Shown here in pieces: positions 11,820 to 24,242 of a stretch of DNA of 64,000 nucleotides. The first letter of the stretch is position 1, and each line of letters begins with the position of its first letter. This DNA comes from Eledone cirrhosa. Taxonomy: Eukaryota. A program made the position numbers and the translations under genes. The notes beneath the pieces are model-generated. The model had not been told where the DNA came from and did not search any database. It saw only the letters and a list, made by a program, of their open reading frames with translations. The stretch covers positions 9,734,001 through 9,798,000 of the forward strand of contig OZ024764.1 of NCBI GenBank assembly GCA_964016885.1, given 5' to 3'.

Positions 11820-14800
11820 AACTGATCATCGAATTACTGATACTGTCTGTCAGTCACAACTCCTGACAGAAGAAAGGAGCTAATCATCAGATCAGACCAA
11901 GGAAACAATGTTACCATTGATCTTTCCATTACTGATACTATCTGTCTGTCACAACTCCTGGCAGAAGAAAGGAGCTGATCATCAGATCAGACCAAGGAAA
12001 CAATGTTACCATTGGTCTTTCCATTACTGATACTATCTGTCAGTCACAACACCTGGCAGAAGAAAGGAGCTGATCATCAGATCAGACCAAGGAAACAATG
12101 TTTCCATTGGTCTTTCCATTACTGATACTATCTGTCAGTCACAACTCCTGGCAGAAGAAAGGAACTGATCTAAAGATCAGACTAAGGAAACAATGTTTCC
12201 ATTGGTCTTTCCATTACTGATACTATCTGTCAGTCACAACTCCTGGCAGAAGAAAGGAGCTGATCATCAGATCAGACCAAGGAAACAATGTTACCATTGA
12301 TCTTTCCATTACTGATACTATCTGGCAGAAGAAAGGAGCTGATCATCAGATCAGACCAAGGAAACAATGTTTCCATTGGTCTTTCCATTACTGATACTAT
12401 CTGGCAGAAGAAAGGAGCTGATCATCAGATCAGACCAAGGAAACAATGTCTCCATTGGTCTTTCCATTACTGATACTATCTGTCTGTCACAACTCCTGGC
12501 AGAAGAAAGGAGCTGATCATCAGATCAGACCAAGGAAACAATGTCTCCATTGGTCTTTCCATTACTGATACTATCTGTCTGTCACAACTCCTGGCAGAAG
12601 AAAGGAGCTGATTATCAGATCAGACCAAGGAAACAATGTTACCATTGATCTTTCCATTACTGATACTATCTGTCAGTCACAACTCCTGGCAGAAAAAAGG
12701 AGCTGATCATCAGATCAGACCAAGGAAACAATGTTTCCATTGGTCTTTCCATTACTGATACTATCTGTCAGTCACAACTCCTGGCAGAAGAAAGGAGCTG
12801 ATCATCAGATCAGACCAAGGAAACAATTTTTCCATTGGTCTTTCCATTACTGATACTATCTGTCAGTCACAACTCCTGGCAGAAGAAAGGAGCTGATCAT
12901 CAGATCAGACCAAGGAAACAATGTTTCCATTGGTCTTTCCATTACTGATACTATCTGTCAGTCACAACTCCTGGCAGAAGAAAGGAACTGATCTAAAGAT
13001 CAGACTAAGGAAACAATGTTCCCATTGGTCTTTCCATTACTGATACTATCTGTCAGTCACAACTCCTGGCAGAAGAAAGGAGCTGATCATCAGATCAGAC
13101 CAAGGAAACAATGTTATCATTGATCTTTCCATTACTGATACTATCTGGCAGAAGAAAGGAGCTGATCATCAGATCAGACCAAGGAAACAATGTTTCCATT
13201 GGTCTTTCCATTACTGATACTATCTGTCAGTCACAACTCCTGGCAGAAGAAAGGAGCTGATCATCAGATCAGACCAAGGAAACAATGTTACCATTGATCT
13301 TTCCATTACTGATACTATCTGTCAGTCACAACTCCTGGCAGAAGAAAGGAACTGATCTAAAGATCAGACCAAGGAAACAATGTTTCCATTGATCTTTCCA
13401 TTACTGATACTATCTGGCAGAAGAAAGGAGCTGATCATCAGATCAGACCAAGGAAACAATGTTTCCATTGGTCTTTCCATTACTGATACTATCTGTCAAT
13501 CACAACTCCTGGCAGAAGAAAGGAGCTGATCATCAGATCAGACCAAGGAAACAATGTTTCCATTGATCTTTCCATTACTGATACTATCTGGCAGAAGAAA
13601 GGAGCTGATCATCAGATCAGACCAAGGAAACAATGTTTCCATTGGTCTTTCCATTACTGATACTATCTGTCAATCACAACTCCTGGCAGAAGAAAGGAGC
13701 TGATCATCAGATCAGACCAAGGAAACAATGTTTCCATTGGTCTTTCCATTACTGATACTATCTGGCAGAAGAAAGGAGCTGAACATCAGATCAGACCAAG
13801 GAAACAATGTTTCCATTGGTCTTTCCATTACTGATACTATCTGTCAGTCACAACTCCTGGCAGAAGAAAGGAGCTGATCATCAGATCAGACCAAGGAAAC
13901 AATGTTTCCATTGGTCTTTCCATTACTGATACTATCTGTCTGTCACAACTCCTGGCAGAATAAAGGAGCTGAACATCAGATCAGACCAAGGAAACAATGT
14001 TTCCATTGGTCTTTCCATTACTGATACTATCTGTCAGTCACAACTCCTGGCAGAAGAAAGGAGCTGATCATCAGATCAGACCAAGGAAACAATGTTTCCA
14101 TTGGTCTTTCCATTACTGATACTGTCTGTCAGTCACAACTCCTGGCAGAAGAAAGGAGCTGATCATCAGATCAGACCAAGGAAACAATGTTTCCATTGGT
14201 CTTTCCATTACTGATACTGTCTGTCAGTCACAACTCCTGGCAGAAGAAAGGAGCTGATTATCAGATCAGACCAAGGAAACAATGTTACCATTGATCTTTC
14301 CATTACTGATACTATCTGTCAGTCACAACTCCTGGCAGAAAAAAGGAGCTGATCATCAGATCAGACCAAGGAAACAATGTTTCCATTGGTCTTTCCATTA
14401 CTGATACTATCTGTCAGTCACAACTCCTGGCAGAAGAAAGGAGCTGATCATCAGATCAGACCAAGGAAACAATTTTTCCATTGGTCTTTCCATTACTGAT
14501 ACTATCTGTCAGTCACAACTCCTGGCAGAAGAAAGGAGCTGATCATCAGATCAGACCAAGGAAACAATGTTTCCATTGGTCTTGCCATTACTGATACTAT
14601 CTGGCAGAAGAAAGGAGCTGAACATCAGATCAGACTAAGGAAACAATGTTTCCATTGGTCTTTCCATTACTGATACTATCTGTCAGTCACAACTCCTGGC
14701 AGAAGAAAGGAGCTGATCATCAGATCAGACCAAGGAAACAATGTTTCCATTGCTGATTCTATCTCCGGGTTGCCACTCCTGGCAGATGAAAGGAGCTGAT

Positions 14801-14832
14801 CTAAAGATCAGACTAAGGAAACAATGTTTACC
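11820..14832. repeat. 95-bp tandem array with 79-bp deletion variants (~32 units)
   Basis: Unit is GCAGAAGAAAGGAGCTGATCATCAGATCAGACCAAGGAAACAATGTTTCCATTGGTCTTTCCATTACTGATACTATCTGTCAGTCACAACTCCTG. The variant lacks TCAGTCACAACTCCTG. Confidence 0.95.
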
Positions 14833-14929
14833 ATATCAATCAATAACACTAGGGAGGTTGTTATGTCGTTTGCACAATTTTAAGGTCCTCCACAACCCTA
14901 CCTTGATAAAATTTTAAATGTCCACTTAC

Positions 14930-15304
14930 CAAATATTCGTCTTCCTTCACTGTCACACTCAGGTAACCTGTCTGGATAATTACAGACACTTATGGAATGG
15001 TCAAAAAATGTCCCTCTGGCACATTTAAACTTAAATGGACGTCCAGCAATGCAACGGTAGAACACTATACAGTTAAGAACGTCAGGGTAGAAACCATTTT
15101 TTTCTGGACATAAAAACTCATATTGACCTCCTCCTGCACCTTCTCCTTCTCCCTTTTCTCCTCCTCCTCCTCCTCCTCCTCCTCCTCCTCCTCCTCCTCC
15201 TCCTCCTCCTTTTCCTCCTCCGCCTCCTCCTCCTCCTCCTCCTCCTCCTCCTCCTTCTTCCTCTCCTCCTCCTTGTCCTCCTCCTCCTCCTCCTTCTTTG
15301 GGAT
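14930..15304 (-). CDS. CBM14 protein, exon 3: poly-Gly linker and second CBM14 domain
   Basis: TAG acceptor and GTAAGT donor, 375 nt, phase 1-1: DPKEGGGG...GQYEFLCPEKNGFYPDVLNCIVFYRCIAGRPFKFKCARGTFFDHSISVCNYPDRLPECDSEGRRIF. Not reported on - by the ORF track. Confidence 0.9.
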
Positions 15305-15335
15305 CTAAATTATAAGGAAATATGATTGTTTAGGT

Positions 15336-18300
15336 GTAAGAGAGGAGACTGCTCTGGTATAGACATGTGATGTGTATGGATGGTGGTTGTTGGGTGAAGA
15401 AGTGTCAGGAGTTCCCAGTAGAAGGGAGCTACTTTAGAGGACAATGAAAGGGAACTGTAGTAGAGGAAGACTTGGGCAGAGAGAAGACTGCTCTGGTGTA
15501 GACATGTGATGTGTATGGATGGTGGTTGTTGGGTGAAGAAGTACCAGGAGTTCCCAGTAGAAGGGAGCTACTTTAGAGGACAATGAAAGGGAACTGTAGT
15601 AGAGGAAGACTTGGGCAGAGAGGAGACTGCTCTGGTATAGACATGTGATGTGTATGGATGGTGGTTGTTGGGTGAAGAAGTGTCAGGAGTTCCCAGTAGA
15701 AGGGAGCTACTTTAGAGGACAATGAAAGGGAACTGTAGTAGAGGAAGACTTGGGCAGAGAGAAGACTGCTCTGGTATAGACATGTGATGTGTATGGATGG
15801 TGGTTGTTGGGTGAAGAAGTGTCAGGAGTTCCCAGTAGAAGGGAGCTACTTTAGAGGACAATGAAAGGGAACTGTAGTAGAGGAAGACTTGCACAGAGAG
15901 AAGACTGCTCTGGTATAGACATGTGATGTGTATGGATGGTGGTTGTTGGGTGAAGAAGTGTCAGGAGTTCCCAGTAGAAGGGAGCTACTTTAGAGGACAA
16001 TGAAAGGGAACTGTAGTAGAGGAAGACTTGCACAGAGAGAAGACTGCTCTGGTATAGACATGTGATGTGTATGGATGGTGGTTGTTGGGTGAAGAAGTGT
16101 CAGGAGTTCCCAGTAGAAGGGAGCTACTTTAGAGGACAATGAAAGGGAACTGTAGTAGAGGAAGACTTGCACAGAGAGAAGACTGCTCTGGTATAGACAT
16201 GTGATGTGTATGGATGGTGGTTGTTGGGTGAAGAAGTGTCAGGAGTTCCCAGTAGAAGGGAGCTACTTTAGAGGACAATGAAAGGGAACTGTAGTAGAGG
16301 AAAACTTGGGCAGAGAGAAGACTGCTCTGGTGTAGACATGTGATGTGTATGGATGGTGGTAGTTGGGTGAAGAAGTGTCAGGAGTTCCCAGTAGAAGGGA
16401 GCTACTTTAGAGGACAATGAAAGGGAACTGTAGTAGAGGAAGACTTGGGCAGAGAGAAGACTGCTCTGGTATAGACATGTGATGTGTATGGATTGTGGTT
16501 GTTGGGTGAAGAAGTACCAGGAGTTCCCAGTAGAAGGGAGCTACTTTAGAGGACAATGAAAGGGAACTGTAGTAGAGGAAAACTTGGGCAGAGAGAAGAC
16601 TGCTCTGGTGTAGACATGTGATGTGTATGGATGGTGGTAGTTGGGTGAAGAAGTGTCAGGAGTTCCCAGTAGAAGGGAGCTACTTTAGAGGACAATGAAA
16701 GGGAACTGTAGTAGAGGAAGACTTGGGCAGAGAGAAAACTGCTCTGGTATAGACATGTGATGTGTATGGATGGTGGTTGTTGGGTGAAGAAGTGTCAGGA
16801 GTTCCCAGTAGAAGGAAGCTACTTTAGAGGACAATGAAAGGGAACTGTAGTAGAGGAAGACTTGGGCAGAGAGGAGACTGCTCTGGTATAGACATGTGAT
16901 GTGTATGGATGGTGGTTGTTGGGTGAAGAAGTGTCAGGAGTTCCCAGTAGAAGGAAGCTACTTTAGAGGACAATGAAAGGGAACTGTAGTAGAGGAAGAC
17001 TTGGGCAGAGAGGAGACTGCTCTGGTATAGACATGTGATGTGTATGGATGGTGGTTGTTGGGTGAAGAAGTGTCAGGAGTTCCCAGTAGAAGGAAGCTAC
17101 TTTAGAGGACAATGAAAGGGAACTGTAGTAGAGGAAGACTTGGGCAGAGAGGAGACTGCTCTGGTATAGACATGTGATGTGTATGGATGGTGGTTGTTGG
17201 GTGAAGAAGGACCAGGAGTTCCCAGTAGAAGGGAGCTACTTTAGAGGACAATGAAAGGGAACTGTAGTAGAGGAAGACTTGGGCAGAGAGAAGACTGCTC
17301 TGGTATAGACATGTGATGTGTATGGATGGTGGTTGTTGGGTGAAGAAGTGTCAGGAGTTCCCAGTAGAAGGAAGCTACTTTAGAGGACAATGAAAGGGAA
17401 CTGTAGTAGAGGAAGACTTGGGCAGAGAGGAGACTGCTCTGGTATAGACATGTGATGTGTATGGATGGTGGTTGTTGGGTGAAGAAGTGTCAGGAGTTCC
17501 CAGTAGAAGGAAGCTACTTTAGAGGACAATGAAAGGGAACTGTAGTAGAGGAAGACTTGGGCAGAGAGGAGACTGCTCTGGTATAGACATGTGATGTGTA
17601 TGGATGGTGGTTGTTGGGTGAAGAAGTGTCAGGAGTTCCCAGTAGAAGGAAGCTACTTTAGAGGACAATGAAAGGGAACTGTAGTAGAGGAAGACTTGGG
17701 CAGAGAGGAGACTGCTCTGGTATAGACATGTGATGTGTATGGATGGTGGTTGTTGGGTGAAGAAGGACCAGGAGTTCCCAGTAGAAGGGAGCTACTTTAG
17801 AGGACAATGAAAGGGAACTGTAGTAGAGGAAGACTTGGGCAGAGAGAAGACTGCTCTGGTATAGACATGCGATGTGTATGGATGGTGGTTGTTGGGTGAA
17901 GAAGTGTCAGGAGTTCCCAGTAGAAGGGAGCTACTTTAGAGGACAATGAAAGGGAACTGTAGTAGAGGAAGACTTGGGCAGAGAGAAGACTGCTCTGGTA
18001 TAGACATGTGATGTGTATGGATGGTGGTTGTTGGGTGAAGAAGTGTCAGGAGTTCCCAGTAGAAGGGAGCTACTTTAGAGGACAATGAAAGGGAACTGTA
18101 GTAGAGGAAGACTTGGGCAGAGAGAAGACTGCTCTGGTATAGACATGTGATGTGTATGGATGGTGGTTGTTGGGTGAAGAAGTGTCAGGAGTTCCCAGTA
18201 GAAGGAGCTACTTTAGAGGACAATGAAAGGGAACTGTAGTAGAGGAAGACTTGCACAGAGAGAAGACTACTCTGGTATAGACATGTGATGTGTATGGATG

Positions 18301-20125
18301 GTGGTTGTTGGGTGAAGAAGTGTCAGGAGTTCCCAGTAGAAGGGAGCTACTTTAGAGGACAATGAAAGGGAACTGTAGTAGAGGAAGACTTGCACAGAGA
18401 GAAGACTACTCTGGTATAGACATGTGATGTGTATGGATGGTGGTTGTTGGGTGAAGAAGTGTCAGGAGTTCCCAGTAGAAGGGAGCTACTTTAGAGGACA
18501 ATGAAAGGGAACTGTAGTAGAGGAAGACTTGGGCAGAGAGAAGACTGCTCTGGTATAGACATGTGATGTGTATGGATGGTGGTTGTTGGGTGAAGAAGGA
18601 CCAGGAGTTCCCAGTAGAAGGGAGCTACTTTAGAGGACAATGAAAGGGAACTGTAGTAGAGGAAGACTTGGGCAGAGAGAAGACTGCTCTGGTATAGACA
18701 TGTGATGTGTATGGATGGTGGTTGTTGGGTGAAGAAGTGTCAGGAGTTCCCAGTAGAAGGGAGCTACTTTAGAGGACAATGAAAGGGAACTGTAGTAGAG
18801 GAAGACTTGGGCAGAGAGAAGACTGCTCTGGTATAGACATGTGATGTGTATGGATGGTGGTTGTTGGGTGAAGAAGTGTCAGGAGTTCCCAGTAGAAGGG
18901 AGCTACTTTAGAGGACAATGAAAGGGAACTGTAGTAGAGGAAGACTTGGGCAGAGAGAAGACTGCTCTGGTATAGACATGTGATGTGTATGGATGGTGGT
19001 TGTTGGGTGAAGAAGTGTCAGGAGTTCCCAGTAGAAGGGAGCTACTTTAGAGGACAATGAAAGGGAACTGTAGTAGAGGAAGACTTGGGCAGAGAGAAGA
19101 CTGCTCTGGTATAGACATGTGATGTGTATGGATGGTGGTTGTTGGGTGAAGAAGTGTCAGGAGTTCCCAGTAGAAGGGAGCTACTTTAGAGGACAATGAA
19201 AGGGAACTGTAGTAGAGGAAGACTTGCACAGAGAGAAGACTGCTCTGGTATAGACATGTGATGTGTATGGATGGTGGTTGTTGGGTGAAGAAGTGTCAGG
19301 AGTTCCCAGTAGAAGGGAGCTACTTTAGAGGACAATGAAAGGGAACTGTAGTAGAGGAAGACTTGCACAGAGAGAAGACTGCTCTGGTATAGACATGTGA
19401 TGTGTATGGATGGTGGTTGTTGGGTGAAGAAGTGTCAGGAGTTCCTAGTGGAAGGAAGCTCCACTAGAGGATGTCCTGGGTTAGAATGAAGACTGCTCTG
19501 GTGTGGACATGTGATGTGTATGGATGGTGATTGTTGGGTGAAGAAGTACCAGGAGTTCCTAGTGGAAAGAAGCTCCACTACAGGATGACCTGGTAGGGTG
19601 AAGACTGCTCTGGTATGGACGTGTGATGTGTATGGATGGTGGTTGTTGGGTGAAGTACCAGGAGTTCCTAGTGGAAGGGAGCTACTTTAGAGGACAATAA
19701 AAGGGAACTGTGGTAGAGGAAGACCTGGGCAGAGAGAAGACTGCTCTGGTATAGACATGTGATGTGTATGGATGGTGATTGTTGGGTGAAGAAGTGTCAG
19801 GAGTTCCCAGTAGAAGGGGGATACTTTAGAGGACAATGAAAGGGAACTGTAGTAGAGGAAGACTTGGGCAGAGAGAAGACTGCTCCGGTATAGACATGTG
19901 ATGTGTATGGATGGTGGTAGTTGGGTGAAGAAGGACCAGGAGTTCCCTGTAGAAAGAAACTATAATAATGAAAGGCTTGAGCAGGGAGAAACACAGGATA
20001 TACGAAGAATCAGATGTGGTGTGCAAGAGAGAAGACTGCTCTGGTATGGACATGTGATATGTATGGATGGTGGTTGTTGGGTGAAGAAGTGCCAGGAGTT
20101 CCCAGCGCCTGGAAGACCAAGATGA
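15336..20125 (+). repeat. 139-bp tandem array derived from the RTE 3' coding region (~29 homogeneous units plus ~5 diverged)
   Basis: Period 139 (ORF repeats at 15712/15851/15990). The unit translates as ERRLLWYRHVMCMDGGCWVKKCQEFPVEG, the same family as 34730-34800 and 51430-51520. Ends in a (GAT)n tail at ~20125-20200. Confidence 0.95.
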
Positions 20126-20158
20126 TGAAGATGATGATGATGTTAACAATGATGACAT

Positions 20159-20197
<39 letters not shown>

Positions 20198-20275
20198 GGT
20201 TGGTGATGAAAGAATGAAGGAATATAAGACAAAAAAGAAAAAAAAATGAGCGAAACAAATTATATATGACCTCAC

Positions 20276-20752
20276 CAGGGTAATCAAAGTTTGTTCCTTC
20301 CTCAGGTTCCGGGTCAAAGCCTTCGAAATGATTCCTTTCCGGGAAACTCTTCTCATTCCCTTGAAATATCCATTCTCCACCTCCATTGTTGTTGTTATTG
20401 TTGTTGTTGTTCTTGTCGTTGTTGTTGTTATTGTTGTTGTTGTTGTTGTTCTTGTTGTTCTTGTTGTTGTTGTTCATTTCAGGTACACTCGGTAGATTTG
20501 ACTGTTGTCTCTGTCCATTCTGGTTAAAAGTCCTCTCGCCGTTCTCGTTGCAGTCCTCCACCTCTTGTGGCCAGTTACATACATTAAGTTGTGGGTCAAA
20601 ATATATTCCTGGTGGACAAGCAAATTTATATCCGCTGCTGCCTACACATCGATAGAAGATCTGGCAGTCATAGCCATCAGCATAGAAACCATCTTTTAGT
20701 CCTCGGCAAATGGAGCCACTGTTGGCCCACACTGACCCTTGACTTAGTATTT
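20276..20752 (-). CDS. CBM14 protein, exon 2: first CBM14 domain and poly-Asn linker
   Basis: TTTTTCAG acceptor and GTGAGG donor, 477 nt, phase 1-1: ILSQGSVWANSGSICRGLKDGFYADGYDCQIFYRCVGSSGYKFACPPGIYFDPQLNVCNWPQEVEDC...NNNN...FDYP. Confidence 0.92.
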
Positions 20753-20784
20753 CTGAAAAAATATAACAAAAAAATGCATTTATA

Positions 20785-21993
20785 TTAACTTTTTAGCATT
20801 TAACCATTTAGCATTTTCATTACTCTATATATACTATTGTATTTTCACAGTGAAAATACAATAGTATATATAGAGTAATGTAAATGTTATGTGAGGTATT
20901 ATGTAAGGTAAAGCCTTGACTGTGAAAATCCAATAGTATATATAGAGCAATGTGAGATATTATGTGAGATATTATGTGAGGTAAAGCCTTTACTGTGAAA
21001 ATACAATAGTATATATAGAGTAATGTAAATGTTATGTGAGATATTATGTGAGGTAAAGCCTTTACTGTGACAATACAATAGTATCTATAGAGTAATGTAA
21101 ATGTTATGTGAGATATTATGTAAGGTAAAGCCTTGACTGTGAAAATCCAATAGTATATATAGAGCAATGTAAATGTTATGTGAGATATTATGTGAGGTAA
21201 AGCCTTTACTGTGAAAATACTATAGTATATATAGAGTAATGTAAATGTTATGTGAGATATTATGTGAGGTAAAGCCTTTACTGTGAAAATACAATAGTAT
21301 ATATAGAGTAATGTAACTGTTATGTGAGATATTATGTGAGGTGAAGCCTTTACTGTGATAATACAATAGTATATATAGAGTAATGTAAATGTTATGTGAG
21401 ATATTATGTGAGGTAAAGCCTTTACTGTGACAATACAATAGTATATATAGAGTAATGTAAATGTTATGTGAGATATTATGTGAGGTAAAGCCTTTACTGT
21501 GAAAATACAATAGTATATATAGAGTAATGTAAATGTTATGTGAGATATTATGTGAGGTAAAGCCTTTACTGTGAAAATACAATAGTATATATAGAGTAAT
21601 GTAAATGTTATGTGAGATATTATGTGAGGTAAAGCCTTTACTGTGAAAATACAATAGTATATATAGAGTAATGTAAATGTTATGTGAGATATTATGTGAG
21701 GTAAAGCCTTTACTGTGAAAATACAATAGTATATATAGAGTAATGTAAATGTTATGTGAGATATTATGTGAGGTAAAGCCTTTACTGTGAAAATACAATA
21801 GTATATATAGAGTAATGTAAATGTTATGTGAGATATTATGTGAGGTAAAGCCTTTACTGTGAAAATACAATAGTATATATAGAGTAATGTAAATGTTATG
21901 TGAGATATGTTATGTGAGATATTATGTGAGGTAAAGCCTTTACTGTGAAAATACAATAGTATATATAGAGTAATGTAAATGCTAAAGGGTTAA
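20785..21993 (-). repeat. piggyBac-type MITE-derived 72-bp array (~15 units) with a fold-back left end
   Basis: Right end is ATGCTAAAGGG|TTAA. The left end is an inverted copy of the same terminus, joined through a perfect hairpin centred near 20849. Confidence 0.9.
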
Positions 21994-22049
21994 AGAGGAG
22001 TCGTTTCAGCCATTTAAAAACAAATATCACTTCTTCTTCTCAGTTTTTG

Positions 22050-22310
22050 TCTTCTTCTTCTTCTTCTTCTTCTTCTTCGCCTTCTTCTTCTTATTATTAT
22101 TATTATTGACAAGGTCATTAGATAAGACCCCTCAAACACTCCTTCCAGAGGGTCCCTGTCAAAAGCAACTGACTCCAACTGATCTGGCGGGATCTCCAAG
22201 CAAGACCAGCCAAGATAAGTTTTTGTCTTCTTCTTCTTCTTCTTCTTCTTCTTCTTCTTCTTCTTCTTCTTCTTCTTCTTCTTCTTCTTCTTCTTCTTCT
22301 TCTTCTTCTT
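22050..22310 (-). mobile_element. RTE 3' fragment between (CTT)n tracts
   Basis: 22125-22220 is the reverse complement of the RTE tail at 11490-11575. Confidence 0.6.
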
Positions 22311-22511
22311 CATTTTGTTTGTTCGTCTTTTTACACTCGCAAATAAGAAGAAGCAGGGACACCCCTAGGAAGCATTGGATTTGTTTCAGCTGCTGAATAC
22401 AATCAGGGGTCACTGCTTCTCCTGAAGGTCAATAGTTCTCTTCTAACTCGAGCGGGAGCGCCTTTCCATTGTTAATTTACATTGATCGTCTGCAAAGCCT
22501 CATTGTTGTCA

Positions 22512-22757
22512 GAACCCCTACACCAGTCTTTAGATGTGGAAAGGTGGAACCACTACACCAGTCTTTCAATGTGGAAAGGTGGAACCACTACACCAGTCTT
22601 TCAATGTGGAAAGGTGGAACCCCTACACCAGTCTTTAGATGTGGAAAGGTGGAACCACTACACCAGTCTTTCAATGTGGAAAGGTGGAACCACTACACCA
22701 GTCTTTCAATGTGGAAAGGTGGAACCACTACACCAGTCTTTAGATGTGGAAAGGTGG
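22512..22757. repeat. 35-bp minisatellite (~7 units)
   Basis: Unit is CTACACCAGTCTTTCAATGTGGAAAGGTGGAACCA. Confidence 0.9.
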
Positions 22758-22844
22758 CAGCTGCAACTACTGCCACCCATTGATTTGGCAGGATTTTAGA
22801 TGGCCATTGACTCTTATGAGTTCTTCCACCTTTTGTCAGGTTTT

Positions 22845-22881
<37 letters not shown>

Positions 22882-22909
22882 TTGCAAGGTTTTTGATATG
22901 AAATCGTGT

Positions 22910-23084
22910 CGAAACAAATATTGTTATACTTGGGGAGGGTCATATTGTTGTAATATTGCCAGAAATAATAACAGAACACACTCACTGTTTGGTTGGTTTT
23001 CACTTCTGTATCTTTTATATCTCCATAGTTAATTTATTTGGCAATCAATGTTTATCATTGACTGACCAGCGGTTAAAAATACAG

Positions 23085-23163
<79 letters not shown>

Positions 23164-23397
23164 ATCAAAGTTCTTTCGTTGCACATCTGCAACATCATCA
23201 ATAGTACTATTATGTTTCCTCCTATTGTATTGTATTGTACAGTAATGTCTACACCATTTTTATCAATGATGAACATTGATTGCCAAATAAATTAACTATG
23301 GAGATATAAAAGATACAGAAGCAAAAACAGTGAGTGTGTTCTGTTATTATTTCTGGCAATATTATAACAATATGACCCTCCCCAAGTATAACAATAC
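22910..23397. mobile_element. Inverted pair of Penelope-like terminal fragments (family P4)
   Basis: ~135-bp arms (22918-23060 / 23263-23396) in inverted orientation. The spacer carries a degenerate hammerhead-like motif on -. A small related fragment lies at 49905-49943. Confidence 0.55.
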
Positions 23398-23409
23398 AAT
23401 ACATATATA

Positions 23410-23693
23410 TCATCATCATCATCATTTCATTTTACGTCCGCTTTTCCCTGCTTGCAAGGGTGGGACGGGAACTGATTCTGGCTTGGTTTCTACAGCTGGA
23501 TGCTCTTCCTAACACCAACCTCATTTACAGTGAGTGCTGGGTGATTTCTTGCCGTGGCACCTCCACGACCACTTTGCAGTGGAATGATAGGGACCCCAGT
23601 CCCTATCATCTCATTTCTACAGCTGAGTAAACTGGAGCAATGTGAAATAAAGTGTCTTGCTCAAGGAAACAACACATCACTCGGTCTGAGAAT

Positions 23694-23695
<2 letters not shown>
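23410..23695 (-). mobile_element. tRNA-derived SINE family A (5'-truncated)
   Basis: Near-identical to the full copies at 51965-52294, 53940-54273 and 54729-55040. Confidence 0.85.
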
Positions 23696-23734
<39 letters not shown>

Positions 23735-23736
<2 letters not shown>

Positions 23737-23972
23737 CATCATCATCACCGTTTTACGTCTGTTCTTCCACGCTAGCATGCGTTAGATGGATTGTCCTGTT
23801 GTGACCAGTGTCCGGTCGGCTGAACTTGTCTTGCTCATACAGGAACTGATTCTGGCTTGATTTCTACAGCTGGATACCCCTCCTAACACCAACCTCATTT
23901 ACAGTGAGTGCTGGGAGCTTTTTTTCCATTGCGCCTACACGTCCACTTTACAGTGTGGGCTGGGTGCTTTTT
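23735..23972 (-). mobile_element. SINE family C 3' part
   Basis: Reverse complement of 38246-38430. Confidence 0.75.
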
Positions 23973-23989
23973 TGCATATATATATGTTT

Positions 23990-24030
<41 letters not shown>

Positions 24031-24051
24031 TATATATATATATATGTATAT

Positions 24052-24160
24052 AAAAGGTAAACAGAAATAACAACACAATCGGTACAGTACATGGAAGGGA
24101 TATATTAGTTTAACGCTTGATATAGCAGGAAAAGGGTTTTAATGTTTAGGACGCTAGTCC

Positions 24161-24161
<1 letters not shown>
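24052..24161 (-). mobile_element. Penelope-like family P1 fragment
   Basis: Same sequence as 43612-43721, including the stem II GGAC-TAGC-GTCC. Confidence 0.6.

Positions 24162-24242
<81 letters not shown>

Noticed and set aside
11820-14832. CTGATGA plus stem plus GAAA on the minus strand of the 95-bp unit, as a possible satellite hammerhead
   Set aside because: GAAA does not follow stem II directly, the base at the cleavage position is G, and there is no room for stem I.
20010-20732. Single-exon 240-aa gene as given by the ORF track
   Set aside because: The start is a GTG inside an exon, and the hydrophobic tail after 20276 is intronic (ATC)n read-through past a good donor site.
20820-21956. 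24-aa repeat ORFs (FTLLYIYYCIFTVKALPHIISHIT), also at 1026-1712 and 56677-58508
   Set aside because: Translation of the 72-bp MITE satellite. It is open in two frames and frameshifts freely.
22330-22413. Hydrophobic stretch QCFLGVSLLLLIC as the signal-peptide exon of the chitin-binding gene
   Set aside because: It has no ATG, and the phase-1 donors would create a TAA on joining exon 2. The exon at 24384-24429 fits much better.
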